Origin: Zymomonas mobilis subsp. mobilis ATCC 10988
GTDB taxonomy: Bacteria > Pseudomonadota > Alphaproteobacteria > Sphingomonadales > Sphingomonadaceae
DNA length: 32,000 bases
Direction of reading: 5' to 3'
Assembly (NCBI RefSeq): GCF_000175255.2
Contig: NC_017262.1
Span: 810,001-842,000, forward strand
Positions 1-8,660 of the stretch are shown here, in pieces. The notes beneath the pieces are model-generated. The model had not been told where the DNA came from. It saw only the letters and a program-made list of their open reading frames with translations, and ran no database searches. A program made the position numbers and the translations under genes. Each line of letters opens with the position of its first letter. The first letter of the stretch is position 1.

Positions 1-959
1 TGTTCAATGAATTCAGCCGGACGATGGCTAATATCCAGATAAACGTAATTCAGACCTAAACGCTTGATTTCATGGTCAATGGCACGTGCGACAATATCAC
101 GGGGAGCCAATTCATTGCGATCATCAAAATCGGGCATAAAGCGATGACCATCGGTCGGAATTTTAAGCTGTCCTCCCTCTCCGCGCATCGCTTCGGTAAT
201 CAGAAAATGGGTGCCTTCAGGATTATAGAGGGCAGTCGGATGGAATTGGTTAAATTCCAGATTAGATACCCGCGCCCCAGCCCGCCAAGCCATCGCGATA
301 CCATCACCGGTCGCGCCTTTTGGTGCCGTTGAATGTTGGTAAACTTGTCCCGCGCCACCTGTTGCCAAAATAGTGGCACGGCCTAAAAAGCGCTGAACCT
401 TTCCATTCCAGGAATTATAGGCATAGACCCCGTGAATATCGCGGCTATCGGAAGAATCCTGACAATGGCGACCGGATATCAGATCAATGGCTGCCATATC
501 GGGAATTAAACGAATACGAGGATGGGCATGTGCCGCTTTTTGTAAAGCCTTCTGCACCGCCAATCCGGTCGCATCGTCAACATGGACAATACGGCGATGA
601 CTATGCCCCCCTTCACGGGTCAGATGCCATCTTTCGCCGAATTGATTTCCCGGATTAAAAGGGACACCGATTTCAGCCAAATGCTCAATGGCTTCCGGCG
701 CATGTTCTACCACATATTCAACCGTGGAACGGCGATTCAACCCAGCCCCTGCGGTAAAGGTATCCTTGATATGGTTTTCAAAATTATCACCCGCATCCAA
801 GACGGCGGCAATACCCCCCTGTGCCTTTGCGGTTGATCCGTCAGAAATCGACCCTTTGGCCAAAACGGCCACATCAAAACGGTCAGCCAGATGCAAGGCG
901 GCGGTTAATCCGGCCGCACCAGACCCGACGATAACGACGTCGAAAATTTTGTCACTCAT
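1..959 (-). CDS. nadB: L-aspartate oxidase, first ~319 codons; the 3' part runs off the left window edge
   Basis: Missing from the ORF track because it is open at the window edge. My manual reverse-strand translation from the ATG at 959-957 gives MSDKIFDVVIVGSGAAGLTAALHLA (FAD GxGxxG). Later blocks are STAKAQGGIAAVLD, GGHSHRRIVHVDDATG, ATGDGIAMAWRAGA and FHPTAL..FLITEAMRGEGG, all typical of NadB and the fumarate-reductase flavoprotein family. The frame stays open to position 1. Confidence 0.9.
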   Translation of the reverse strand, partial: MSDKIFDVVIVGSGAAGLTAALHLADRFDVAVLAKGSISDGSTAKAQGGIAAVLDAGDNFENHIKDTFTAGAGLNRRSTVEYVVEHAPEAIEHLAEIGVPFNPGNQFGERWHLTREGGHSHRRIVHVDDATGLAVQKALQKAAHAHPRIRLIPDMAAIDLISGRHCQDSSDSRDIHGVYAYNSWNGKVQRFLGRATILATGGAGQVYQHSTAPKGATGDGIAMAWRAGARVSNLEFNQFHPTALYNPEGTHFLITEAMRGEGGQLKIPTDGHRFMPDFDDRNELAPRDIVARAIDHEIKRLGLNYVYLDISHRPAEFIE

Positions 960-1023
960 AAGGTCAAAAGACCTCCATTCCTGATGCCGATTTTTCCCAA
1001 ACTCAAAGCTCGAAAAAAACCAA

Positions 1024-1983
1024 CTATGTTAACGATGCCTCTGGATTATTTTTGGTCAATCTCAAAAAGACATCTTCCAGATCGGCTTCGTGGGTCGACA
1101 CATCGACAATAGCCAATCCGGCCTGTTCAATGACCGTCAATATATCACCGGCGGTAATCTTCTTCTTGTCATAGCGAATATGCAAGCGGGTCGGATTAAC
1201 CATTTCGGCGGAAACATCATGATGATAGCGGGCTAACCAATCAGAGACATCAGAAGGCAAAACCTCCATCGGCTGGCGCAAAACAACATCCATGCTTTTA
1301 TCGCCTGCCATGTCCAAAAGCTCGCGGGTCGGCTGATCCGTTACCAAATGGCCATGATTGATAATGGCGATCCGGTCGCATAATTGCTCGGCTTCTTCGA
1401 GATAATGGGTCGTCAAAACAATCGTGACCCCTTGGTCATTCAGTTTTTTGACATAAGACCAAAGCTGTTGCCGCAATTCGATATCGACACCGGCCGTTGG
1501 CTCATCCAAGACCAGAACCGGCGGCGAAGCCACCATGGCTTTTGCGACCAATAAACGGCGCTTCATACCACCGGATAAAGAACGGGCATGGGAAAAGGCT
1601 TTATCCTCCAAATGCACCGCTTCCAAAAGCTCCATCGTCCGGCGCTTATGCTTCGGAATCCCGAAAAGACCGGCATAGACTTCCAGCGTTTCAAAAGGGG
1701 TAAAGAAAGGATCAAAGAATATTTCCTGCGGCACAATCCCGATAGAGGCGCGGGCATTTAACGGGTCTTGGTCAATATCGAAACCCCAGATAGAAACCCG
1801 ACCAGCAGTTTTTCTGACAAGACCTGCCAGAACATTGATGGTTGTTGATTTTCCGGCACCATTCGGGCCCAACAAACCATAAATGGAACCACGCGGTATC
1901 CTCAGGTTAAGATCAGTGACGGCTTGTTTCCCGCCCTGATAGACTTTGGATAACCCTTCGATCAGAATAGCCGCTTCGCTCAT
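1024..1983 (-). CDS. ABC transporter ATP-binding protein (ABC-2/DrrA-like, with a C-terminal extension)
   Basis: Walker A GPNGAGKST, ABC signature LSGGMKRRL, Walker B VLVLDEPT and H-loop TTH. The ORF-track start at 2001 is a GTG. The ATG at 1983 (MSEAAILIEGL) is preceded by AAAGGCGGGGGA, so I prefer it. Confidence 0.9.
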   Translation of the reverse strand: MSEAAILIEGLSKVYQGGKQAVTDLNLRIPRGSIYGLLGPNGAGKSTTINVLAGLVRKTAGRVSIWGFDIDQDPLNARASIGIVPQEIFFDPFFTPFETLEVYAGLFGIPKHKRRTMELLEAVHLEDKAFSHARSLSGGMKRRLLVAKAMVASPPVLVLDEPTAGVDIELRQQLWSYVKKLNDQGVTIVLTTHYLEEAEQLCDRIAIINHGHLVTDQPTRELLDMAGDKSMDVVLRQPMEVLPSDVSDWLARYHHDVSAEMVNPTRLHIRYDKKKITAGDILTVIEQAGLAIVDVSTHEADLEDVFLRLTKNNPEASLT

Positions 1984-2000
1984 TCCCCCGCCTTTCAACA

Positions 2001-2681
2001 CTATTCCCGATGACCGAATAAGGCGGTGCCCACACGGATATGGGTCGCACCAAGGGTAATCGCTAATTCATAATCAGCCGACATCCCGATCGACACCGCA
2101 GGCAAAGCAAGATCATGCGCCATTTTCACGGTCAGAGCGAAATAAGGGGCGGGATCAACTTCCAAAGGCGGCACCGACATCAACCCGATAACCGGCAATC
2201 CGGCATCACGGCATTGCTGTAAAATAGCCTTGGTGTCGGCAATATCACAGCCACCCTTCTGGTCTTCTTCACCAATATTGACCTGAATAAAACATTCCGG
2301 TTTTTTCTCGGTGCTTTCCATCGCGCGCCCCAAAGCCTCAATCAAAGAAGGCCGATCTACCGAATGGATCGCATCGAATAATTCGACTGCGGTTTTGGCC
2401 TTGTTAGATTGAAGCTGGCCGACACAATGCAACCGGATATCGGGATGCGCCTTAATCAAAGGCGGCCATTTCCCCAAGGCTTCCTGAACGCGGTTTTCAC
2501 CGAAAACGCGTTGACCTTCGGCAATCAAGGGCAGAGCCGCTTCCGCTGGATGCAATTTGGAAATCGCAATCAACTCGATATCGTCAGGATTCCGACCGGC
2601 AATTTTTGCCGCTTTTTCGATTTTCGCCCGCACAACAGCGAGAGGCGAAAGATTTTCATTTTGAGAAGTCGCGTTAGTCAT
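2001..2681 (-). CDS. yggS: YggS-family pyridoxal-phosphate homeostasis protein (alanine-racemase N-terminal fold)
   Basis: The translation has ISKLHP (PLP-lysine context), FGENRVQE, HCVGQLQSNK and MGMSADYELAI..GATHIRVGTALFG, typical of YggS/PROSC. I trimmed the start to the ATG at 2681 (MTNATSQ), because the longer ORF-track N-terminus looks non-native. Confidence 0.85.
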   Translation of the reverse strand: MTNATSQNENLSPLAVVRAKIEKAAKIAGRNPDDIELIAISKLHPAEAALPLIAEGQRVFGENRVQEALGKWPPLIKAHPDIRLHCVGQLQSNKAKTAVELFDAIHSVDRPSLIEALGRAMESTEKKPECFIQVNIGEEDQKGGCDIADTKAILQQCRDAGLPVIGLMSVPPLEVDPAPYFALTVKMAHDLALPAVSIGMSADYELAITLGATHIRVGTALFGHRE

Positions 2682-3037
2682 GGCAGAAGACGCTATCACT
2701 TTTTTCCTGATTTCCAACCGATTTTCCCGATATTTCGGAACAAAGCCCGAAAAGTCGGGAAAAAGCACAAAACCGATATAGCATCAGAGCATTTTCCGGT
2801 AAAAACCCAAAAAATACGATAAAGAACAAGGCAAAAAGCCAAATATCCCAGAAAAGCTTCACAAAGCGCTACAGAAAAATAGGAATTTCACCGCCGTTTT
2901 TTCCCAAAAAACAGTGATGTATACCCCTCGCTATTCAGGGATAAAAAATCTAAAATTAAACATAACGATGGATGAATCCGTTTAATCCTTTTATCCGATC
3001 CGAAACAAAGCCTTTTTTTGCAGGAGTCCTAAACCCG

Positions 3038-3517
3038 ATGACCTCGACCCCGACCGTGCTTTTTGTCTGCCTCGGCAATATTTGCCGTTCCCCCTTGGCA
3101 GAAGGGGCTTTTCGCGATCTCGCCCAGCAAAACGGCTTCAAGGTTAAAACGGATTCCGCAGGAACGGGCGATTGGCATATTGGCCGCGCACCGGATAAAC
3201 GCGCCCAAGCCGCCGCCCGCAACCACGGCCTTGATATCAGTGATTTAAGAGCGCGGCAGGTCTCGAAACAGGATTTTCATCTCTTCGATTACATCATTGC
3301 GATGGACGGTAAAAACCTCGCCAATCTCAAAAGAATGCAGCCCAAAGATGGCAAGGCCAAACTCAATCTTCTGCTGGATTACGTCGCGGGGAAAGAAGGC
3401 AAATCGGTAGCTGACCCTTATCATGGCGGGGCAGATGACTTTGAAAAAACATGGCAAGATGTCTCAACCGGCGCAAAAGCCTTGCTTGATTACATCGAAA
3501 ACCGGAATAAAGCTTGA
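3038..3517 (+). CDS. Low-molecular-weight protein-tyrosine phosphatase
   Basis: P-loop VLFVCLGNICRSPLAEG (C-X5-R-S) and the general-acid motif DPY (VADPYHGG). The ATG at 3038 lies 12 nt after CAGGAG. Size is ~159 aa. Confidence 0.9.
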   Translation: MTSTPTVLFVCLGNICRSPLAEGAFRDLAQQNGFKVKTDSAGTGDWHIGRAPDKRAQAAARNHGLDISDLRARQVSKQDFHLFDYIIAMDGKNLANLKRMQPKDGKAKLNLLLDYVAGKEGKSVADPYHGGADDFEKTWQDVSTGAKALLDYIENRNKA

Positions 3518-3582
3518 TCTAAAGGCTAAAAAGAGACCTAACTATTTGATATCTCAAGAATCGCTGTTGCGAAGGTAATCCC

Positions 3583-4413
3583 ATGAATGACCAATCCTCT
3601 GCCTCTGTCGCAAATGAAGCCGCCTTTTTAATTGGCAAACCATTGGTCACGGAAGAACGATTGCATGGGGGCGACATTTCTCAAGTCACGCGTTTGTGGC
3701 TGGAAGATGGTAGCCATGCCGTCGCTAAAAACAGCCCCTTCCCCGAGATAGAAGCCGCCATGCTCGCCGCAATCAGCCAAAGCGGCGCACCGGCACCCAT
3801 GGTTTACGCCACCAATGAAAATTTGCTGGTAATGGAATGGCTTCGCAATCGGGACGTGCTGCATCATGCTTGGGATGACCTCGGCAAAGTCATTGCCCTA
3901 CTTCACAGCACCGAAGGCGCGCTTTATGGCTGGCCAAAAGATTACGGCATCGGCGGTATCCCGATGGTCAATAAATGGATGAGAAGCTGGCCGGATTTCT
4001 GGGGTGAATATCGCCTCCGCCCCCATCTCGAACATATCTCGGCCGATCTGGTCGATAGACTGGAAGAACTGATTGAAGATTTACCGCAAAGGCTTCCGAT
4101 GACCCCGCCTGCGGTTTTACTGCATGGTGATTTATGGGATGGTAATATCTTGGTCGATGATGGCCGAATTTCAGGCTTGATTGATCCTTGCTGCTATTAT
4201 GGTGATGCCGAAGTCGATATTGCGATGATTAATCTCTTCGATCGCGCCAGCGGCTCTTTTTACGAAGCCTATGAAACCTACCACCCCTTAACCCCGGGCT
4301 ATAAAGAAAGATTGCCTATCTATAAATTATGGCCAGCTTTAATTCATCTCAGATTATTCGGGGACGGCTATCGCCCCTTGGTCACCCATCTTCTAAAGGC
4401 TGTTGGGGTCTAA
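3583..4413 (+). CDS. Fructosamine/ketosamine-kinase family protein (aminoglycoside-phosphotransferase-like fold)
   Basis: Catalytic-loop block LLHGDLWDGNIL, followed by LIDPCCYYGDAEVDIAM. 276 aa. Confidence 0.85.
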   Translation: MNDQSSASVANEAAFLIGKPLVTEERLHGGDISQVTRLWLEDGSHAVAKNSPFPEIEAAMLAAISQSGAPAPMVYATNENLLVMEWLRNRDVLHHAWDDLGKVIALLHSTEGALYGWPKDYGIGGIPMVNKWMRSWPDFWGEYRLRPHLEHISADLVDRLEELIEDLPQRLPMTPPAVLLHGDLWDGNILVDDGRISGLIDPCCYYGDAEVDIAMINLFDRASGSFYEAYETYHPLTPGYKERLPIYKLWPALIHLRLFGDGYRPLVTHLLKAVGV

Positions 4414-4516
4414 CGGGCGGGATCACCGCCCCCGCCCCAGAATCCTCATCAACCAGAAAACGCATTCTACTCCGATAATAAGATAAAAGAAAAACGCCCT
4501 TCATCCTATCCTAACG

Positions 4517-4545
4517 AAAAAGGCCGGACGACACCTCGCCCAGCC
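4517..4545 (-). terminator. Intrinsic terminator after SLR gene 1
   Basis: In the minus-strand RNA, GGCUGGGCGA-GGUG-UCGUCCGGCC forms a 10-bp stem with two G-U pairs, followed by a U5 run. The same element recurs at 5327-5356 and 7111-7140. Confidence 0.75.
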
Positions 4546-4572
4546 CATAAAAACCTATCAAATAGAACAAAA

Positions 4573-5181
4573 CTAATAAAACAATTTTTGCAAATTCTCT
4601 TTAGCCTTGGCCTCACCCTTATCAGCCGCCTGCTGAAACCAGAATCGCGCAATCCCTTTATCTTGCACAACACCCTGACCAAAATAATAAGCGACACCTA
4701 AATTATATTGAGCGTCGGCATCGCCTTGATTGGCAGCCTTCTGATACCAAAACACCGCTTTCTCATAACCCTGCGGAACACCCGCACCTTGATAATACGC
4801 ACTACCTAAATCATATTGAGCAGCGGCATGTCCTTGATCAGCAGCCTTTTGATACCAAAACACCGCCTTCTCATAATCCTGCGCAACGCCCATACCATTA
4901 GCATAAGCGACACCTAAAGCATATTGAGCCTTGGCATTGCCTTGATCAGCTGCCTTCTGCCACCAAAACACCGCCTTCTCATAATCCCGCGCAACTCCCT
5001 TACCTTGAGAATAAGCAAAACCGAAAACGAATTGGGCAGCAGCATCACCCGCTTCAGCTTTTTTCTGAAGTTCAATGATAGCACTGCCACGGGACACTTG
5101 ACTTGTCCGCGCCACCCCCGCCGCTTGAACAGGCTCAACAAACAAAGGAAAAAATACTGCTACCAATAATATTCTTTTCAT
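4573..5181 (-). CDS. Exported Sel1-like-repeat protein (4 units)
   Basis: Signal peptide MKRILLVAVFFPLFVEPVQA|AG, then 36-aa units of the form xxAQyxLGxaYxxGxGVxQDYeKAvfWyqKAADQG. ATG at 5181; the ORF-track start at 5190 is a GTG. Confidence 0.9.
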   Translation of the reverse strand: MKRILLVAVFFPLFVEPVQAAGVARTSQVSRGSAIIELQKKAEAGDAAAQFVFGFAYSQGKGVARDYEKAVFWWQKAADQGNAKAQYALGVAYANGMGVAQDYEKAVFWYQKAADQGHAAAQYDLGSAYYQGAGVPQGYEKAVFWYQKAANQGDADAQYNLGVAYYFGQGVVQDKGIARFWFQQAADKGEAKAKENLQKLFY

Positions 5182-5418
5182 GAAAACCACATTATTTATA
5201 AAAGAACAGAATAATTATTCTACGGCATCAATAAACATAATTACATTAAAACTTGTACCGACACCCTAATAAATTCATCATTCCAATCTTTTTCTATAAA
5301 CCCGAACATTAACACAGTTACTTCACAAAAAAGGCTGGACGACACCTCGCCCAGCCCATAAAAACCTATCAAATAGAACACAAACTAATGAGACAATATT
5401 TGTAAAGCCTCCTTAGCC
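5024..5418. repeat. Segmental duplication, copy A (~395 bp, near-identical to 6808-7202)
   Basis: Base-by-base comparison at a constant offset of 1784 bp. The copy covers the 5' end of SLR gene 1, the whole 194-bp intergenic region (5191-5384, essentially identical to 6975-7168), the terminator and the last ~11 codons of SLR gene 2. I saw only scattered substitutions. Confidence 0.9.
5327..5356 (-). terminator. Intrinsic terminator after SLR gene 2
   Basis: Same stem-loop as 4517-4545 (plus strand GGCTGGACGA CACC TCGCCCAGCC), with a U6 run on the minus-strand RNA. Confidence 0.75.
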
Positions 5419-6965
5419 GCTTCATTACCTTTATCCGCCGCTTTCTGAATCCAGAATCGCGCAACCCCTTTATCTTGCACAACACCTTGACCTTTCAGAT
5501 AAGCTACACCCAAATTTAATTGAGCGTCGGCATAGCCTTTATTGGCAGCTTTCTGATACCAAAACACCGCCTTCCCATAATCCTGCGCAATTCCTGCTCC
5601 GTTGTAATAAGCTAAACCTAAAGCATATTGAGCAGCGGCAAGTCCTTGATCAGCTGCCTTCCGCCACCAAAATACTGCCTTCCCATAATCCTGCGCAGCA
5701 CCCTGACCTTGATAATAAGCATCACCCAAATTATATTGAGCATCAGCATAGCCTTGATCAGCAGCTTTCTGATACCAAAACACCGCCTTCTCATAATCCC
5801 GCGCAACTCCCTCTCCATTATAATAAGCATTACCTAAACCAAATTGAGACTTGGGATTGCCTTGTTCAGCAGCCTTCTGCCACCAAAACATCGTTTTCTC
5901 ATAGTCCTGCGCAACTCCTTGACCAAAATAATAAGCACTACCTAGATAAAATTGAGCATCAACATTGCCTTGATCAGCTGCCTTCTGATACCAAAATACT
6001 GCCTTCTCATAGTCCTGCGCAATTCCCTGACCCAAATCATAAGCCAAACCTAAACTCAATTGAGCATCGGCAAGTTCTTGATCAGCTGCCTTCTGATACC
6101 AAAATACCGCCTTCCCATAGTCCTGCGCAATTCCCGCTCCATCATGATAAGCATTACCTAAAAAATATTGAGCAGCGGCAAGTCCTTGATCAGCTGCCTT
6201 CTGATACCAAAACACCGATTTCCCATAATCCTGCGCAACACCGGCTCCATTATAATAAGCATTACCTAAAAAATATTGAGCAGCGGCAAGTCCTTGATCA
6301 GCTGCCTTCTGCGACCAGAACATCGCCTTCTCATAATCTCGCGCAACTCCATAACCAAAATAATAAGCACCACCTAGATAAAATTGAGCATCAACATTGC
6401 CTTGATCAGCGGCCTTCTGCCACCAAAAGGCTGCCTTCTCATAATCCTGCGCAACGCCCATACCATCACGATAAGCATTACCTAAATTAGATTGAGCAGC
6501 AGCATCACCTTGTTCAGCAGCCTTCTGATACCAAAATATCGCTTTTACTTTATCTTTTGGGACGCCTGCCCCTTGATCATACAAAAGGCCTAAATAATAT
6601 TGAGCCGAAGCATCGTTTTGATCGGCAGCCTTGTCAAACCAAAATACGGCCTTCTCATAATCTTGTGAGATACCTTGACCCGAAATATAAGCGACACCTA
6701 ACTTACGTTGAGCCGAGACATTATCTTGATCAGCTGCCTTCTGCCACCAAAACACCGCCTTCTCATAATCCTGCGCAATTCCCGCTCCTTTTTGATAAGC
6801 TAAACCTAAAACGAATTGAGCAGCGGCATCACCTGCTTCAGCCTTTTTTTGAAGTTCAATGATAGCACTGCCACGGGACACTTGACTTGTCTGCGCCACC
6901 CCCGCCGCTTGAACAGGCTTAACAAACAAAGGAAAAAAGGCCGCTACCAATAATATTCTTTTCAT
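5385..6965 (-). CDS. Exported Sel1-like-repeat protein (13 units; largest paralog)
   Basis: The signal peptide is almost identical to gene 1 (MKRILLVAAFFPLFVKPVQA|AG). I counted 13 consecutive xxAQxxLG...KAADQG units. ATG at 6965. Confidence 0.9.
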   Translation of the reverse strand: MKRILLVAAFFPLFVKPVQAAGVAQTSQVSRGSAIIELQKKAEAGDAAAQFVLGLAYQKGAGIAQDYEKAVFWWQKAADQDNVSAQRKLGVAYISGQGISQDYEKAVFWFDKAADQNDASAQYYLGLLYDQGAGVPKDKVKAIFWYQKAAEQGDAAAQSNLGNAYRDGMGVAQDYEKAAFWWQKAADQGNVDAQFYLGGAYYFGYGVARDYEKAMFWSQKAADQGLAAAQYFLGNAYYNGAGVAQDYGKSVFWYQKAADQGLAAAQYFLGNAYHDGAGIAQDYGKAVFWYQKAADQELADAQLSLGLAYDLGQGIAQDYEKAVFWYQKAADQGNVDAQFYLGSAYYFGQGVAQDYEKTMFWWQKAAEQGNPKSQFGLGNAYYNGEGVARDYEKAVFWYQKAADQGYADAQYNLGDAYYQGQGAAQDYGKAVFWWRKAADQGLAAAQYALGLAYYNGAGIAQDYGKAVFWYQKAANKGYADAQLNLGVAYLKGQGVVQDKGVARFWIQKAADKGNEAAKEALQILSH

Positions 6966-7202
6966 GAAAACCACATTATTTATAAAAGAACAGAATAATT
7001 ATTCTACGGCATCAATAAACATAATTACATTAAAACTTGTACCGACACCCTAATAAATTCATCATTCCAATCTTTTTCTATAAACCCGAACATTAACACA
7101 GTTACTTCACAAAAAAGGCCGGACGATATCTCGCCCAGCCCATAAAAACCTATCAAATAGAACACAAACTAATGAGACAATATTTGTAAAGCCTCCTTAG
7201 CC
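6808..7202. repeat. Segmental duplication, copy B (partner of 5024-5418)
   Basis: See copy A. This copy covers the 5' end of SLR gene 2, the intergenic region, the terminator and the 3' end of SLR gene 3. Confidence 0.9.
7111..7140 (-). terminator. Intrinsic terminator after SLR gene 3
   Basis: Plus strand reads GGCCGGACGA TATC TCGCCCAGCC, preceded by A6 (U6 on the minus-strand RNA). Confidence 0.75.
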
Positions 7203-7762
7203 TTGGCATTACCCTTATCAGCCGCCTGCTGAATCCAGAATCGTGCAATCCCTTTATCTTGCACAACACCCTGACCCAAATAATAAGCCTTACCTAAATT
7301 TAATTGAGCATCGGCATAGCCTTGATCTGCAGCCTTCTGCCACCAAAAGGCTGCATGCTCATCACTTTTTGGCAGACCTTGGCCTTTGACGTATAAAAGC
7401 CCGAGATTATATTGCGCTTGTATAAAATTCTGATCAGCCGCTTTCCGATACCAAAAGGCGGCTTTTTCATAATCTACCCCGACACCTCGCCCATGAAGAT
7501 AGGCATCCCCCAAATTATACTGGGATTCCTTCATGCCTTTATCGGCCGCCTTCTGATACCAGTAAACAGCCTTTTCATCATCCTGCGGCCGCCCTCTGCC
7601 ATGCGCATAAGCCTCGCCCAGAACCTCTTCTGCCAAACGGTTACCGGCCTTCGCCCGTACTTCCAAAGAAGAGATCATCTCACGGTCATAGCGTTCCTTA
7701 TCCGCTTGCATCGTTAAAGGCGAAACAGACAGGGACAAAACCACTAAAGGAACAAAAAACAT
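7169..7762 (-). CDS. Sel1-like-repeat protein (4 units)
   Basis: SLR units as above, and a C-terminus nearly identical to gene 2 (...KEALQILSH). The N-terminus MFFVPLVVLSLSVSPLTMQA is hydrophobic but lacks a basic n-region, so export is less certain. ATG at 7762; the codon at 7765 is a TTG. Confidence 0.8.
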   Translation of the reverse strand: MFFVPLVVLSLSVSPLTMQADKERYDREMISSLEVRAKAGNRLAEEVLGEAYAHGRGRPQDDEKAVYWYQKAADKGMKESQYNLGDAYLHGRGVGVDYEKAAFWYRKAADQNFIQAQYNLGLLYVKGQGLPKSDEHAAFWWQKAADQGYADAQLNLGKAYYLGQGVVQDKGIARFWIQQAADKGNAKAKEALQILSH

Positions 7763-7869
7763 CAAACCCCACGATAAAAGAAGGCCAAAACCGCCCTCTA
7801 TTCCCTCATTTTAAAACGCGTTATTCTCAAAATCACATGAATATTAAGACAAACAGAATCCTTGTCAGA

Positions 7870-8478
7870 TTATCGCACCAACATCGCCAGTAACTTTTGC
7901 GCTTCAGCATCCCCTTGGTCAGCGGCTTTCCCAATCCAGAAAAGCGCTTTTTCTTTATTTCTTGGCATGCCCTTTCCCAAAGCATAAGCCGATCCCAAAG
8001 CCCTTTGAGCCTCAGCATTGCCTTGATCGGCGGCTTTTTGATACCAATAAACAGCCTGCTCATCGCTCTGCGGCACCAGCTCCCCTTTAGCATATAAAAG
8101 AGCTAAATTCCGTTGCGCGTCTATATAGCCTTGATCCGCCGCCTTTCGGTACCAATAGACAGCTTTTTCCCCATCTTTAGGCCTTCCTGCCCCCTTATAA
8201 TAAAGCCCGCCTAAATTATATTGAGCCTCAGCGACAGCTTGATCGGCCGCTTTTTGATACCAGAAAAAAGCCTTTTGGTAATCCTGCGGCGTTATTTTTC
8301 CAAAATCAAAGGCCTCTCCCAAGGCAGCTTCTGCCTCGGTATCGCCCTGATCGGCAGCCTGTTTTAATTCATACAGTTTTTTTTGGGAAAAAATGGACGG
8401 CGTTTTACGCACCTGCGAATAAACAATCTGGCCGCCGACAGACAAAAGCAGCCCTAACAGAATAATTCTTTTCTTCAT
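7870..8478 (-). CDS. Exported Sel1-like-repeat protein (4 units)
   Basis: Signal peptide MKKRIILLGLLLSVGGQIVYS, followed by SLR units (FWYQKAADQ, YWYRKAADQG, YWYQKAADQG, FWIGKAADQG). Confidence 0.88.
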   Translation of the reverse strand: MKKRIILLGLLLSVGGQIVYSQVRKTPSIFSQKKLYELKQAADQGDTEAEAALGEAFDFGKITPQDYQKAFFWYQKAADQAVAEAQYNLGGLYYKGAGRPKDGEKAVYWYRKAADQGYIDAQRNLALLYAKGELVPQSDEQAVYWYQKAADQGNAEAQRALGSAYALGKGMPRNKEKALFWIGKAADQGDAEAQKLLAMLVR

Positions 8479-8599
8479 AATCGCCGTATAATTTATAAAA
8501 AGATATGTATAAAATAAGCTACGGCAATATTCCTTTATTTTTCAATTTGTTAAACGCCCTATCCGCTTCAATGTCTCTCCAGAAACAAGCATAACCAAC

Positions 8600-8632
8600 A
8601 AAAACGGGCATAAGCTCATCGCCCATACCCGT
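8600..8632 (-). terminator. Probable intrinsic terminator after SLR gene 5
   Basis: In the minus-strand RNA, ACGGGUAU pairs with AUGCCCGU (8 bp, one G-U). The loop is 13 nt, which is long, and a U run follows. Confidence 0.5.
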
Positions 8633-8660
8633 TATTCAATCGTCAAACAGACTCTCAAAT

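Noticed and set aside
72-984. Three plus-strand ORFs of 84-98 aa (72-332, 582-836, 688-984)
   Set aside because: They lie antisense to an uninterrupted, motif-rich nadB reading frame on the minus strand. Their translations are low-complexity with no recognisable motifs.
4415-4431. GC-rich hairpin GGGCGG-GATCA-CCGCCC after the fructosamine-kinase-family gene, considered as a terminator
   Set aside because: The stem is only 6 bp and no T tract follows (the next bases are CCGCCCCAGAATCC). It may still stabilise the mRNA, but I cannot support a terminator call.
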